A stretch of DNA of 64,000 bases from Marsupella aquatica (lineage: Eukaryota > Plantae > Marchantiophyta): assembly GCA_973895155.1 (NCBI GenBank), contig OZ316899.1, positions 5,087,241 through 5,151,240 on the forward strand, read 5' to 3'. The translations under genes were made by a program, and so were the position numbers. How positions within the stretch are numbered: position 1 is the first letter of the stretch; each line of letters starts with the position of its first letter. Below are positions 53,254-64,000 of this stretch, one piece after another. The notes under the pieces were generated by a model. That model worked only from the letters and a program-made list of their open reading frames with translations, was not told the origin of the DNA and did not search any database.

Positions 53254-53509
53254 CCAAGGTCTAGATTGAGCAATGTGACCTTATCAATTTGATATAATAT
53301 AGTCTGTATAATTATACTTCAAGTTTAACAATTAGAGCATCAGTATCAATAAGTATCCATCTCCTCTTTATGGTTTCTCAATGAATCTGATCAGTATGCA
53401 AATATATTTTCTTTGTGGTTGGCTACTTGTGTTGGATTGACAGAGATGATCTCTATCCAAACTTCAAATGTGGTTTTATCTCTAAGATTGGTATTTGTTG
53501 CACTTGCAG

Positions 53510-54546
53510 AACCAAGACCTTGTTCCATCAAGCGCAAATTGTTGATTTTGGATCTTAACAAAATACTTTGGGATTCAGTTGAATTCCAAAGCAAGGGCAA
53601 ATCCAGAAATGTTGTGATCCCAAGTGGAGTGCATTGGGATAGAAAAAATGGAGTTAGTCGCATGTACACAGAAAGGCCAGGGCTCCATGAGTTTCTAAAG
53701 TTGGTTTTTGACCGATTTGACGTTGCAATTTGGACATGTGCTGGGGTACATCGAACAGTGAAAATGCTGAACATGATGTTCACTGCTGAGGAGCGGTTGA
53801 AACTTAAGTTTGTATTCACACAAGTGGAAGCCTTTGACACAGGCATTCAAAGGCGTGACATTACAAACGGAAAGGCAAATGTGCTACTGAAGGATTTTTG
53901 GGTGGTATGGAGTGGATTTGGAAATCTATATGATGAAACCAACACCCTCCTTGTGGATGACTCCCCCCTTAAGGCATTTGCCAACCCAAGCATGACCGGA
54001 CTATTTCCAGTGCCCTACACGCATGCCAATGGTGGAGATAATTTTCTTCTAACAATTCTTTGGCCTTGTCTTGAGAAACTATCCCATGCAAGTGACATTA
54101 GATGTTATCTTCTTCTTAACTCTCCACTGTGGTCTCTATTGCACATAAAGAGAGACAAGGTAAAAAATGATATTACTTATGATCAACTTAGTAAGAGATG
54201 TGCAACAAAAATTTGGAAGTCACAGTTTACGCATAGTGTGTTGGACCTCAATAGCAATGAGATTCCTTGGAACGTGAAGCATCGTATATGTAGTTTATGT
54301 CCTGAGGCAGAACTTGATGATGCACTTGTCACGTCACTTGCTAAAGCATTTGTAGGAAGGGACTATTCAGGTCCGCATAGAGAAAATCCCAGACACTTTT
54401 TGCGGGAGATTATAGCCATTAGGAACAACACCACCAAGTTTCAGCTCCCTGAAGATAAAGGGACTTGCAACCGTGACACTAGGGTAGATAGTAAAGGAGA
54501 TAGGGACACGTGCTCAAATACACATTGTAAGGAGCACTTTGTTTAG
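53510..54546 (+). CDS. FCP1/SCP (NIF) HAD-family phosphatase-like cargo; true start or upstream exon unresolved
   Basis: KLLILDLNKIL, ERPGLHEFL..FDVAIWTCA, LLKDFWVVW, NTLLVDDSPLKAFANP. The ORF is uninterrupted. Likely splice acceptor TTGCAG at 53509. Confidence 0.85.
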
Positions 54547-54821
54547 AGATATGACTCATGTTAAGCCCCCTAGATAGAAGAAATACATTGTAAATTTGGA
54601 GATAATTGTATATTATTTTATAATCTATTTGGAGTTATGTCATTTTGTTCACACATATTCAAGGGTTTATTTGTGCTGAAATGTTTTTATAAGTATGATC
54701 TCTATCCTACTATTCTTTGTGAAGTCATAAATAATGATCTCTATCCTATTATTCTTTGTGAATCAATAAATGATATAATATGTATTATTTATTAATATAA
54801 TACTAATATGATTTGGCCTAT

Positions 54822-54900
54822 AAAGTGTACATTTAGAGACCAAAAAGTGTACATTTGGGTTTTTTAAAGTGTACATTTGGGGACATGAAAGTGTACATTT
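54822..54900. repeat. Right subterminal array of AAAGTGTACATTT
   Basis: Four copies next to the right TIR. Confidence 0.9.
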
Positions 54901-54951
54901 CAAGACTGATTTGTGAACAAAAGAAAATACACTTTTAAGGAATAGGCTGAT

Positions 54952-55942
54952 ATAGGGGCATTGACAAGTTGAAGGGAGACCTCGAGGACCTGTCGGCCAA
55001 CTTTCAAGCCGAGCTATGGAAAAAGGACATCATGCTCGATGAAACCGACGACAAAATGAATAAGATTGAGTTTGATGTTGTCCATGAGCTCAACGCAGAG
55101 CTAAAGGCAACCCAGGAGGAGAGGGCGGCCTTATAGAAGGAGTTGGACGAGAACCTAGCCGAGTTGGAGCAAGCCGTGGGGATTTAGACGAAACCCTGGT
55201 GGAGTTGGAGGACGCCACCCAGAAGATGGAGAATCTGCAAAGGCGGGCGAACAACCAAACTGAGCGGTTGAGGAAGCAGTCCGAGGAGCTAAATTAGCTG
55301 ACCGCAACAGGTGGACCCCCGGTAGCGGCAATAGGGTTGCAGGGTGTGGTACCCTTCCCCTTGCCGGAAGTAAGTGGCAAGGGGAAGGCACCAGCTGCTT
55401 GGGTGGGGAAGGACAAAAAGTGGAAGCCTTCTGGGTCAAGGAGCCACACAGTTTGTCAGGCCACCGTGGCTGAGGTGGAGAGCATGGCACCAACCTTATG
55501 CAAGGTTGTGGCCGTCAAGGAAGCAGTCCGGGAGGTAGGCCAAGAAGACCGGTTGGGGGAGGCCATGATAGGCACCGACCCAAGGTTGCCAACCATTGAT
55601 CGACATCAACCGCAACCTTGGGAGGACAAGACAACCCAACTCATAGAACAAGCCTATGAGGAGGACCACTACGGCAAGGTAGCCGATGCCGGGAAGGAGA
55701 GAATAGAAGCCGCACGGGTGGGACCCCCACAGATGGAAGTCGGGCAGACAGAAGCCGGGGTGGCGGAAGCCGGACAGGCAGAAGCCGATGAAGCCGAGGC
55801 CAAAGTAGTGGTGGGGCCCAAACATGCCAAGGATGGGTTGACCAGGTCAGGAGCGGGTAACCTGTCAGAGAACAGGAGGCCTACATTGGCTGTCGAGGAA
55901 GGATTGGGGGCGTCCATTGAGGACCAGCCACCGGTGTCGTGA
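54952..55942 (+). pseudogene. Gypsy B 3' extra ORF, second part
   Basis: Reads GIDKLKGDLEDLSANFQAEL.. in frame with the sequence before 42080. Confidence 0.65.
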
Positions 55943-56655
55943 CGGTGTAAGGGCGCACTAGAAGAATCCAAGCTCATCTAAGACCGCAATATGACTCATT
56001 TTGGCTCATGTGACTTCATTGTGACTCAACGTGACGTGACCCAGGCTGTGACCCTTGGAGTTGCAAAAGTTGAGACCCAAAAATAGTAGTCACTATTGAT
56101 ACATGGACTTCATGCGACTTGCTTGATACCCATAGACTCATATGCTTGATACCCATTTGTGACTCTTCTATGACTCTATCATGGAGTCTAGCCTTGTTTA
56201 TAAGTGACTATAATGTGACTTTAATTAGTCACAGGGTAAGTCACATCCGTGACTTACTTGCCATTAATAACAACTACCTTGTGGCATTTTAGTGTCACAA
56301 AATAGACCAAGGGAGACCCTGGTCCGGTCACACTACACAACCATTTGGGTCTCTACATAGTCATTCTTATAACTAATAAGGTTGAGATGGAATTTAGGGA
56401 AGTTATAACCATAACTAATCCATAACAACATATGATATAAGCAGATCGAACATAGTATGTACTCATTCATAAGAATTGAACAGAATGACAATATTGCTGA
56501 AACATGAGCATCAATTCAATTACAATAGAACTGTTTACATTGTCATCAAGATAATTCAAAGAAAACAAGAACTTGTAAACTGATAATTGTTTGAAATAAT
56601 TGAAAGTAAATGCATTGAATTCTAAAATCTACAAAGCATGACTCACACTACATTG

Positions 56656-59600
56656 TTATGGATGCTCTATGTACTTGCTTGGCCATAATACCAAAGAACC
56701 TGCAGCATCTCCAAGTGTCTTCTGAGGAGGATCATCATTTGTGTTTGGAATGGGAAGGACAGCTTTAGGTTTCACTAGTGACGTGATTAACACTACTGAA
56801 TAACCTGGTGGGATCCTCTTGCCATGGAACGTTGTAGAACCGACTTGCACTCTGCCAAATCCTACTCGTGTTCCACTTTCATCAACAGCTAACAAGCCAC
56901 TTTGTCCCTCTGCATTAGCTGCCTTCCCTACCTCCACCTTAGATGTTTCTGCCAGCACCAATCTTGGAGGTTTGTATGAAACCTTTGACATGGCTCTACT
57001 CCCAGCAGACATGCTTCGTGTACGCATGCTTCCTCTCTTCACAGTAGTGAAGCTAGGCTCAGTAGGTTCCTCTGTTGGGACTCTCACAGTAGCAGGTTCC
57101 TCACCTGGGAGTGCCATACCAACTAACTCTTTGGTTGGATGTATCGCAACAAGAGGCACACCTATCATTGACAATGAGACATTCTGCAAATCATTTATCT
57201 CTGCAATGGTATCAAGATTTACATAGCATAAACTTTGCTCCACATGACATGAATCTAGCCCAATGGTATCATTGTCACGCTTGCTGATATCCTCCTTTGC
57301 CCCAACATTGATATCATCCAATCCCTTGCCAATCCCATCCTCCACCAAACATGGTTCACTGCCCTTTGTCAAATTAGTTGCATGTACAAACTGCAACTTT
57401 GTTGCCTCTAAATTGTAGCGACTCTTTGCCAAGTGATCATACTTCTTCTCTACAGCACCTGTCATATTCTCTATGGGTACAACAACCACAATATATGATA
57501 CTGAAAATAACACATTCAACAAACTATGTCAATACAAACTATAGATTTTATAATCATATCCCACAAAGTTATAAGGGCCTTACCTTGAAGCCTAGATGTT
57601 GTTGGCATGTCAAAAGAGTGCATAGACTTTGCCACCTCAAGTGGTGATGGTGGAACTCCTGCAGAATTGGAATCAATTTTATCTCTCACTGACATAACGG
57701 CTTCCATTAATGTCTTGAAGTTCACATGGAACAAGTCAATCAATGAATTCAAACATTCATTGATCTCTTGAAGACATGTTTCCACAGCCTTCAAACGATC
57801 ACTTATCTCTGTAAGTGAAGATCCACCTCCCTACATGACACAAGGCAATAGTCAATCACTCCATATGAAATGTTGGGCAATATATGCACAATCAATGATA
57901 TGTGTACACCTGAAATTCAACGCAGGTCATTCAATTACCAATCAGAACTTACATGCTTGGAGGATTCAGATGCCTCACATGCCCTGTTGTTCACAATTTC
58001 AGCCCTCAACTCTTCTTTTGAAGGGCTTTGCCCCAATTGGGCTTTCTGCACATGCATGGCAAACACAAGTTTTCATTTTCCAATGAACACTGAAAAACAA
58101 AGTCAACAGGTCGACATAGTGTAATATGAATTACATAACTTGCCATTGATTCTTACCAAGCGTTTTGCTATCGGTGCAGTGTCAATCCTTCCTGTCAAAT
58201 TAGGATTATGAACACTCAACCTGGCCTTGGTCATCTGTGAACTCTTCTTTTTTGTAGCATCAGTTACAAAATAAGTTACTAGTTTTGCCCACACTTTATC
58301 ATCACAACTTGCTGGCGGAGGCATATCTGGCTTCTCCCCACCTTCCTTCCAAGCCTTATGCATTCTCCATCTCTCTTGCTTGATGATTTTACCTGCTGTA
58401 CTTTTCAAACAATCTATGTTCACGCCATCATCACTGCCCACATAACTCCATTTGGCAGTAACATTTTCACATACAGTCTTCCAATCTTTTGGATGTTGCT
58501 TTTTAAAATTAATAACACTCACATCTAACCAGCACAATACTTCAGCTTTCAAATCAGCATGCCATCGGTTTTTGCAAGGACACTCAGCATCCACCCATTG
58601 TCTGTCATTCAACTTTACTCTCCCTTTCTTCGTCACCTCCCCTTGTGCACTGCTCTCTGCAATAATGGGCGATGTTATATTAATGGGTAGCCCCCGATTC
58701 ACCCTACCTGGGGTTCTAAAGTCACCTGGGAAAATACAATGCCATTCATGCTTGAGAACTATATACACCGGAGCTATTTATTACAAACATCTATAGGCAC
58801 CATTCAATACATCTCTTTAACAAACATTGAACCAACATATATACCTGTAGCTCTGCCAGTAGACATTTGTGTAGGGACTGCAATCTGGAATTGTTGCGAC
58901 CTTGGACCACCTGTCCAACCTAGTACAGGGCACAAATGTTGTTACTTTCTAGCTAGGCATGTGCAAATATATGTACTGATAACTTAGTAAATCAGTCAAC
59001 TGTAGGGAAACAAGTCAACATTCCAAAATACCTGCCCCCCTTCTGTGTTGCATCTGCATGGGGGCATTAGTGAATACTTGCGTCAATGGTTTGACTGTCC
59101 AACGGTTTGCGTACACATACATTTGCTATCATTGTACATGTACATAGTATACTCACATGACTGGACTGCAGATAAAATGAGTTCTTCCATTGCAAACTAC
59201 TTCATACATTACCTGCCCCTCTTTCGGCATTGTAGGTACTGTATTCTGAAAGCCTTGCCAATTACCTTCACCACCTTCCCAGCCTTGTTGATTCCAGGAC
59301 CCATCACCATCCTCCCAACCTGGTTCAATCCATGTCTGTCCTGGTGGACATTGAAACTCATCATTACCAGCATTTGCCCAATCAGGTTGGGCGGAAGCTG
59401 CATGCAATGGCAGGTGGAATGAATTTCATGTTGTATGAATCCAATCCCAAACAAAGTCAAACATTTCTATGCAATCTGAAATTCACAAGTGCTACTAATT
59501 AACAAAGAACTGACATATAGATATACTCACATCCCCATGGTTGAGGTGGACATCCGTACCTACGAGATTGTGGGTTTGGACTTGCTCTACCTCTACTATG

Positions 59601-60090
59601 GGCATAACTGCTACTCTGCCCCCTGTCATAGTATTGGGCACCAGCCTGGGATCTATTGCTACTACCACCTTGCCAACCTTGATCAGAGGTCAGCCCCCCT
59701 TGCTGGTATGGTGCATGCACAGGCTTTGCAGGCAAAACAGAACTCATAGGACGCGGCATCACATCACCAACTACAATGTCACAAACTAAGCATTGTACAT
59801 ATGTGTAAGGGAGTCATGAAACCTCTAAAGAAGAGAATTTAACTCAGTATCTTGTCGGGAAAATTACCTATTTCTTTTTGGGCTGCTCTACAATGTATTC
59901 ATCTTCATAACCCCCGTCCTCATCTATTTCCTCTGGAAAATACTCATCATCTGCATCTTCTTGTCTGGTGTCTGCACCCACCTATGCAGGATCCATGTCA
60001 TCTCCACATTCTACCATTGTAGGTACGACCTTCTTGCTCAACCTTTCACTCCGATGCACAGGCCCAAAGATAGTGCTCGTCACCCTTCTT
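56656..60090 (-). CDS. CACTA TnpA-like (Ptta/En/Spm ORF2), multi-exon; 5' boundary approximate
   Basis: KQERWRMHKAW..PPPASCDDKVWAKLVTYF..KKKSSQMTKAR..NPNLTGR (Transposase_24-like) and VGFGRV..FHGKRIPPGYSVVLI..LPIP..TLGDAAGSLVLWP (Tnp1/En/Spm-like C-terminal domain). Confidence 0.78.
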
Positions 60091-61169
60091 GCCTACTCCT
60101 TTTGTTTCTTTGAAAATTTTGTGGTTCTATGACGACTTTAGGGAAGTGACATGGTGCAACTCCACAAGGTGCAATGAATTGTTGTTGTTTTGTTTCTGCA
60201 GTCAAACGCTAACAACAGGGCAGACCGATAAGTGCACGGTTCTTGGGCTAGGACCCTACCTCCGTCCAAAGATGTATTTTCCTATCTCCCTTTCCATGCT
60301 GCTATATTTGGTATGGAAAAAGCGCAAAAGTGAGTTTCAATTAAGAGTAACGGTGATCTTTCAAGAATGCAATGGTCTTAGAATATATGGAAATAAATGT
60401 GAGAGGCATGTCCAGGTAGATAAAAAAATCTATATACTCATTCATAAACAATACCCTGTGATACAACATGGATCCTATTTTCTTGTCTCCCTGGCTTCGA
60501 TGTGATCGTTGGTACAGAAAACTCGCAAAAGTTATATTCCTCCTTTTCAATTGAGAGTAACGGCTATCTGTCAAGAATGCAATGATCTTAGAATAGAATG
60601 ACCGTAATGATCTTAGAATAGAATATTGAAATAATTGTGAAAGGCATATCCAGGTAGCTCAAGTATCAATAAGCTCCTTCATACTCTGGTATTTCACTGT
60701 AAGGACAGAGTCAAGAGCCTATCGAGCTGGCACCAAAATAACTCATGCGGTCACATGTCCTTGGGTTGTGTACAGGATAGACTCTTAGGGCACCTTGACA
60801 GGCGTTCATTTGTAAGTTGCCTACACTGTCCTTTCACAAATCAGAAAGGCAGGTTTTTGACAAGAGATTACAATTCACAAATAAAGCCTAGCCAGCGTTT
60901 GTAGATTGGCTCCATAGAATCCACTGAGATTAGATGGAATCCTATATACTCTATATACTCGTTCACACTCCAGTACACTTTGCTGTCCTGGCCATATGGA
61001 ACTACAGGGAAATCATTGTTTGGCAACTCGGTGATCACTGGATCAATGATGCCAGCGTTGGCCATATCCACATCTACACGTGAGGGTGTAAAATTCAAAT
61101 ACAAGAAAAATTCCAATGATAGGCATCAAGAAGAGTTGACTCATCCACAACTTTTGGGAAATTAACAAC

Positions 61170-61229
61170 TGAAATAAAATAAGGAGATATGTGACCTCGG
61201 TCAAGCTTCATGCCTTCCACTACTTCTAG
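61170..61229 (-). pseudogene. Short captured fragment of chaperonin Cpn60/HSP60
   Basis: LEVVEGMKLDRGHISPYFIS closely matches the Cpn60 motif LEVVEGMKLDRGYISPYF. Confidence 0.75.
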
Positions 61230-64000
61230 GAGATTCCTACAACTTCCACCATCCTGATGAGCATTGTGTTGGGCAAGGACCATATTTGTTGTCTAAATTT
61301 TTTGCAGAATTGCATGACAAGACCAACCTGTGATGGCAAAAGGGCCATGTGCGCAAAGAGTGTCTAAGCAAGGCACGTTGTTTTCTTCGTCAACCACAGC
61401 ACCAGGTGGTCCACCATCATTGTACAACATTATGGCGGCCCCTGGATCATACAGTTCTGGGTATAGTTATGGTCGCATGCAAAGATCCTGGACCCCTGGC
61501 GTTGAAAGAGAGAGCGAGAGAGATCCGATTGCGCCCTTACAACATTCTTTCATTTCGTTCCTTTGGTGCCTAATTGATTATCCCACTGCCGCCCACCCAT
61601 CAACGTGACACGAATAATTTGCTCACATCATTGCTGCACTGATTTGCAGCACTGTGCTATAACTGGGGAGGGGGAGACAACAGTTGGAAGCAATCAAGAG
61701 CACCTGGGGGACCGCGCCGATCCGATGTGGAATGAACTCGGGAACAAACCATGGTTTGTGCCATGACAAAGTATGCAACTCCCACAAACACCATCCCAAG
61801 TCATCCAACATCTCCCAAGAGAAGAGACAAAGCACCATCTCCCACCATGATAGTTCTGCTGATGGAGCCCGTCCCACTCAACAAGAGGAAGGTGCACGCA
61901 CTGTATGCCAAAGTTGCTCACATCCTCCAATGTATCCTTATGAACAAATTAATTCTTATTCTCTAAAGTCCTCCAATCGATTGCAAACTAAGGCTTTCTC
62001 AGCCAAGCAAGATCCAAGATCCCATTCCAAGAAAAGCACAAGCCAACACCATTCATCCTTGCCCTAGAAGAATCGACAAACATACATTGTAAAGTCCCCG
62101 TGGACGCCTCCATCCAAGCAGCAAGATTGAACTAGCCTCATTTCTCTAGTACATCAAAATCCAACGCAATCCCACTTCCAATACATGTCCCATCAGCTCA
62201 ATCCATCAAGAAATGGCTGCAAAATCCCTCCCAAAAACCATCGTAACTCCTTCACCAACGCAGTCTCAGCTCTACCCAAGCACTCACAACACACGCAACT
62301 CCGCCTTGCAATGGGACAGCCCTCAATGCAACCTCAGTAGGCATCCAGTATATGCTCAGTTCTTGGCAAGAGGAATCTCAGAAAATCTGGCCTCAATGCC
62401 CCAAGAAGCCACCAAAGCCCCCCCCCCCAAAAAAAATCTCTGCACGATGGGAGAAGAGTCTCAAAATGTTCCATGCTCATCCCCAAGTCGAGGACACCAC
62501 TTGATGTACAGCTTAGGCCTCAATTCATGAACATTTGATAGCACAGTCTCCATAGATCTCTCCAGCAATAGCACAACCAAAGATCTCCACTCCTTTCACT
62601 AGAGTCAATAAATCTTTTCAGCCAGACCCAATATCAGGGTTGAGTGTCCCCGGTCTCCATTCTGCAGCATGTACAAGTCCCCCCATCTCAATTCACTTAA
62701 CAGCACCAAATTGATCAGCAAGCTTGCTTCTTGCTAATCAACAAATGGCAGCGTGAATGACAAGTCGAATCTATCAGGTAACAGAATTATAGTTGTGCAC
62801 CACCAAGATTTTCCAACAAGCTCTTACATCTCAGCACTCATGCCCTACAGCTCCCTCAGCGCCATCCCTCGGCAGGAGGGCCAAGCCCACTATGCCTTGA
62901 TCTCTCAATCTGTGCCATGCAACGACACTCCTGAGCCACCTTAAAAGTGCCTCCATAATCAAATTGAATAAGCCTAGCTTCTCATGATCAATCCACATAG
63001 CTCTCATAGTTATGCATAGCTCTTGTGCGCAACACCCCAACTGAAAACCTTGTGTTCTCTTCCTGCCTAGCCAAATTCTGTAAAACTGCCAGCAAGATAG
63101 TTGCAAGCCACCAAGATCTAATCCAACGCCCTTGCGCCCGTAGTTGCAACCAGGATGCTCGTATAAACTTGTGCTTTTGTCTAATTCAAAGGAACTCCAT
63201 CTCAAGGAAGGATAAATGATTTGCTCCTGCCAAGTTTGGCCCGCACTCAAAATAAATCGCGATCAGGATCCATAAAAAGCCGGATTCAGCCATCATAGCC
63301 AGCCTTGGGTTCAAGCTCTGTTAATTCAAACATCATTGTTACAATTGAGTATCCTGCGTAGAGCCCATTGTTGTCAAAGTAGAACTCACCTTCTCAAGTG
63401 GGAAAGAGCCCAAGCTAGCCATCCCGCCGCAAATCTTGTTGAGACAAATGAGCCTTTCCAGTAGACATGATTTGTCCAGGCCTTAGGCACTCAAGCCGTA
63501 ACGCTTTCCAAGCAATTGCATGCTTAATCATCTAGGTTTCAAGTGAACACAACTCCGCTTACAGCTCAAAACAAAGAAACCCTTCTACCGCAAGTAACCA
63601 AATCTGAACAAAACTCAGCTTCAATGCATTTTGCAGATAGCTCTCGCCCTCCCGATCATGAAGCATGGAAGAAATCCTTTTATCAGCCATAGCACAGAAA
63701 GAGAAGGGATCCCTAACAAGAAGCTCTCAGTTCTCAACATTCTCCCAGCTCCGTTCAGCGCCCATTTGCCGGAAACATTATCCTTTGGTTTCCAAAAACT
63801 GCCAAGTTCTAAATAAGGGCCACACAATATTAGTGGTGAAGTGCCTCCCTCAATACAACAACAGCTCCTCACCAAGACATTCTATGGTAGAACACGTGCA
63901 TGACAAAGACTCATCAGCAAGTAATCTAATTTTGGGCATTCACATGGAGGTTGCAATTTGACACGACAATCCCACTTCAATATTTCCTGATCTAACGTAT

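Larger units (their letters stand above)
45397..53458. repeat. Dispersed and tandem 21-bp palindrome GGAYAGRGA-TNR-TCYCTRTCC in the Sola element
   Basis: About 25-30 copies, e.g. 45397, 46623, 46909, 46937, 46965, 46993, 47113, 47141, 47169, 48338, 48401, 48426, 48528, 48556, 48638, 48720, 48802, 48884, 48912, 50631, 50709, 50787, 52629, 53438. Confidence 0.95.
42081..54951 (-). mobile_element. Complete 12.9 kb Sola-like DNA transposon with two cargo genes
   Basis: 26-bp TIRs ATCAGCCTATTC(A/C)TTAAAAGTGTATT (42081-42106 and 54926-54951, 1 mismatch). 4-bp TSD ATAG (42077-42080, 54952-54955). The host ORF is restored on excision. The Sola call rests on the 4-bp TSD and transposase motifs. Confidence 0.9.
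15381..55955 (+). mobile_element. Ty3/Gypsy element B (non-chromovirus, Athila/Tat-like), host of the nested insertions; LTRs outside the window
   Basis: Removing element A restores the protease GELLLR|VPIDGGSGV. Removing the Sola element restores the extra ORF DETYR|GIDKLKGDLE. Confidence 0.8.
55956..64000 (-). mobile_element. CACTA (En/Spm) transposon, 3' end; other end not found in the window
   Basis: Terminus CACTAGAAGAA at 55956, dense GTGAC/GTCAC subterminal motifs at ~55990-56365, and a TnpA-like gene. Extent beyond ~61.3 kb is uncertain. Confidence 0.75.

Noticed and set aside
55946-56430. 3' LTR of Gypsy B starting at TGTAAGGG
   Set aside because: No PPT. The CACTAGAAGAA terminus, subterminal repeats and TnpA-like gene explain the region better.
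62100-64000. Possible LINE or TnpD remnant on the minus strand
   Set aside because: Looks like decayed coding sequence with many stops, but I found no RT, endonuclease or transposase motif.

Overview
Plant nuclear DNA, probably from a non-seed plant: GT-AG introns and an STR/STR2-like symbiosis ABCG fragment are present. The window is almost entirely nested transposons with no intact host gene. An old non-chromoviral Gypsy element (B, ~15.4-55.95 kb) appears to host four insertions. (i) A Bianca-like Copia, itself apparently interrupted by a large Mutator (MULE) element with a GCM-like finger. (ii) A complete Gypsy element A (16832-35743, TSD GCTAC) holding a solo LTR (TSD ACAAG) and a young non-autonomous LTR element (TSD GATTA) that carries an antisense STR/STR2-like exon. 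(iii) A complete 12.9 kb Sola-like DNA transposon (26-bp TIRs, TSD ATAG). (iv) The 3' end of a CACTA element. Main result: the two unrelated DNA transposons (MULE and Sola) each carry, divergent from the transposase, an intron-containing gene for a ParB-like domain fused to a beta-class N4C/N6A methyltransferase-like domain. Each element is also seeded with its own 21-bp 9-3-9 palindrome, and the two palindromes share the consensus nGAYAGnGA-NNN-TCnCTRTCn. This suggests a transposon-borne ParB/parS-like self-recognition and epigenetic module. All family calls come from motif recognition by eye; no database search was run.
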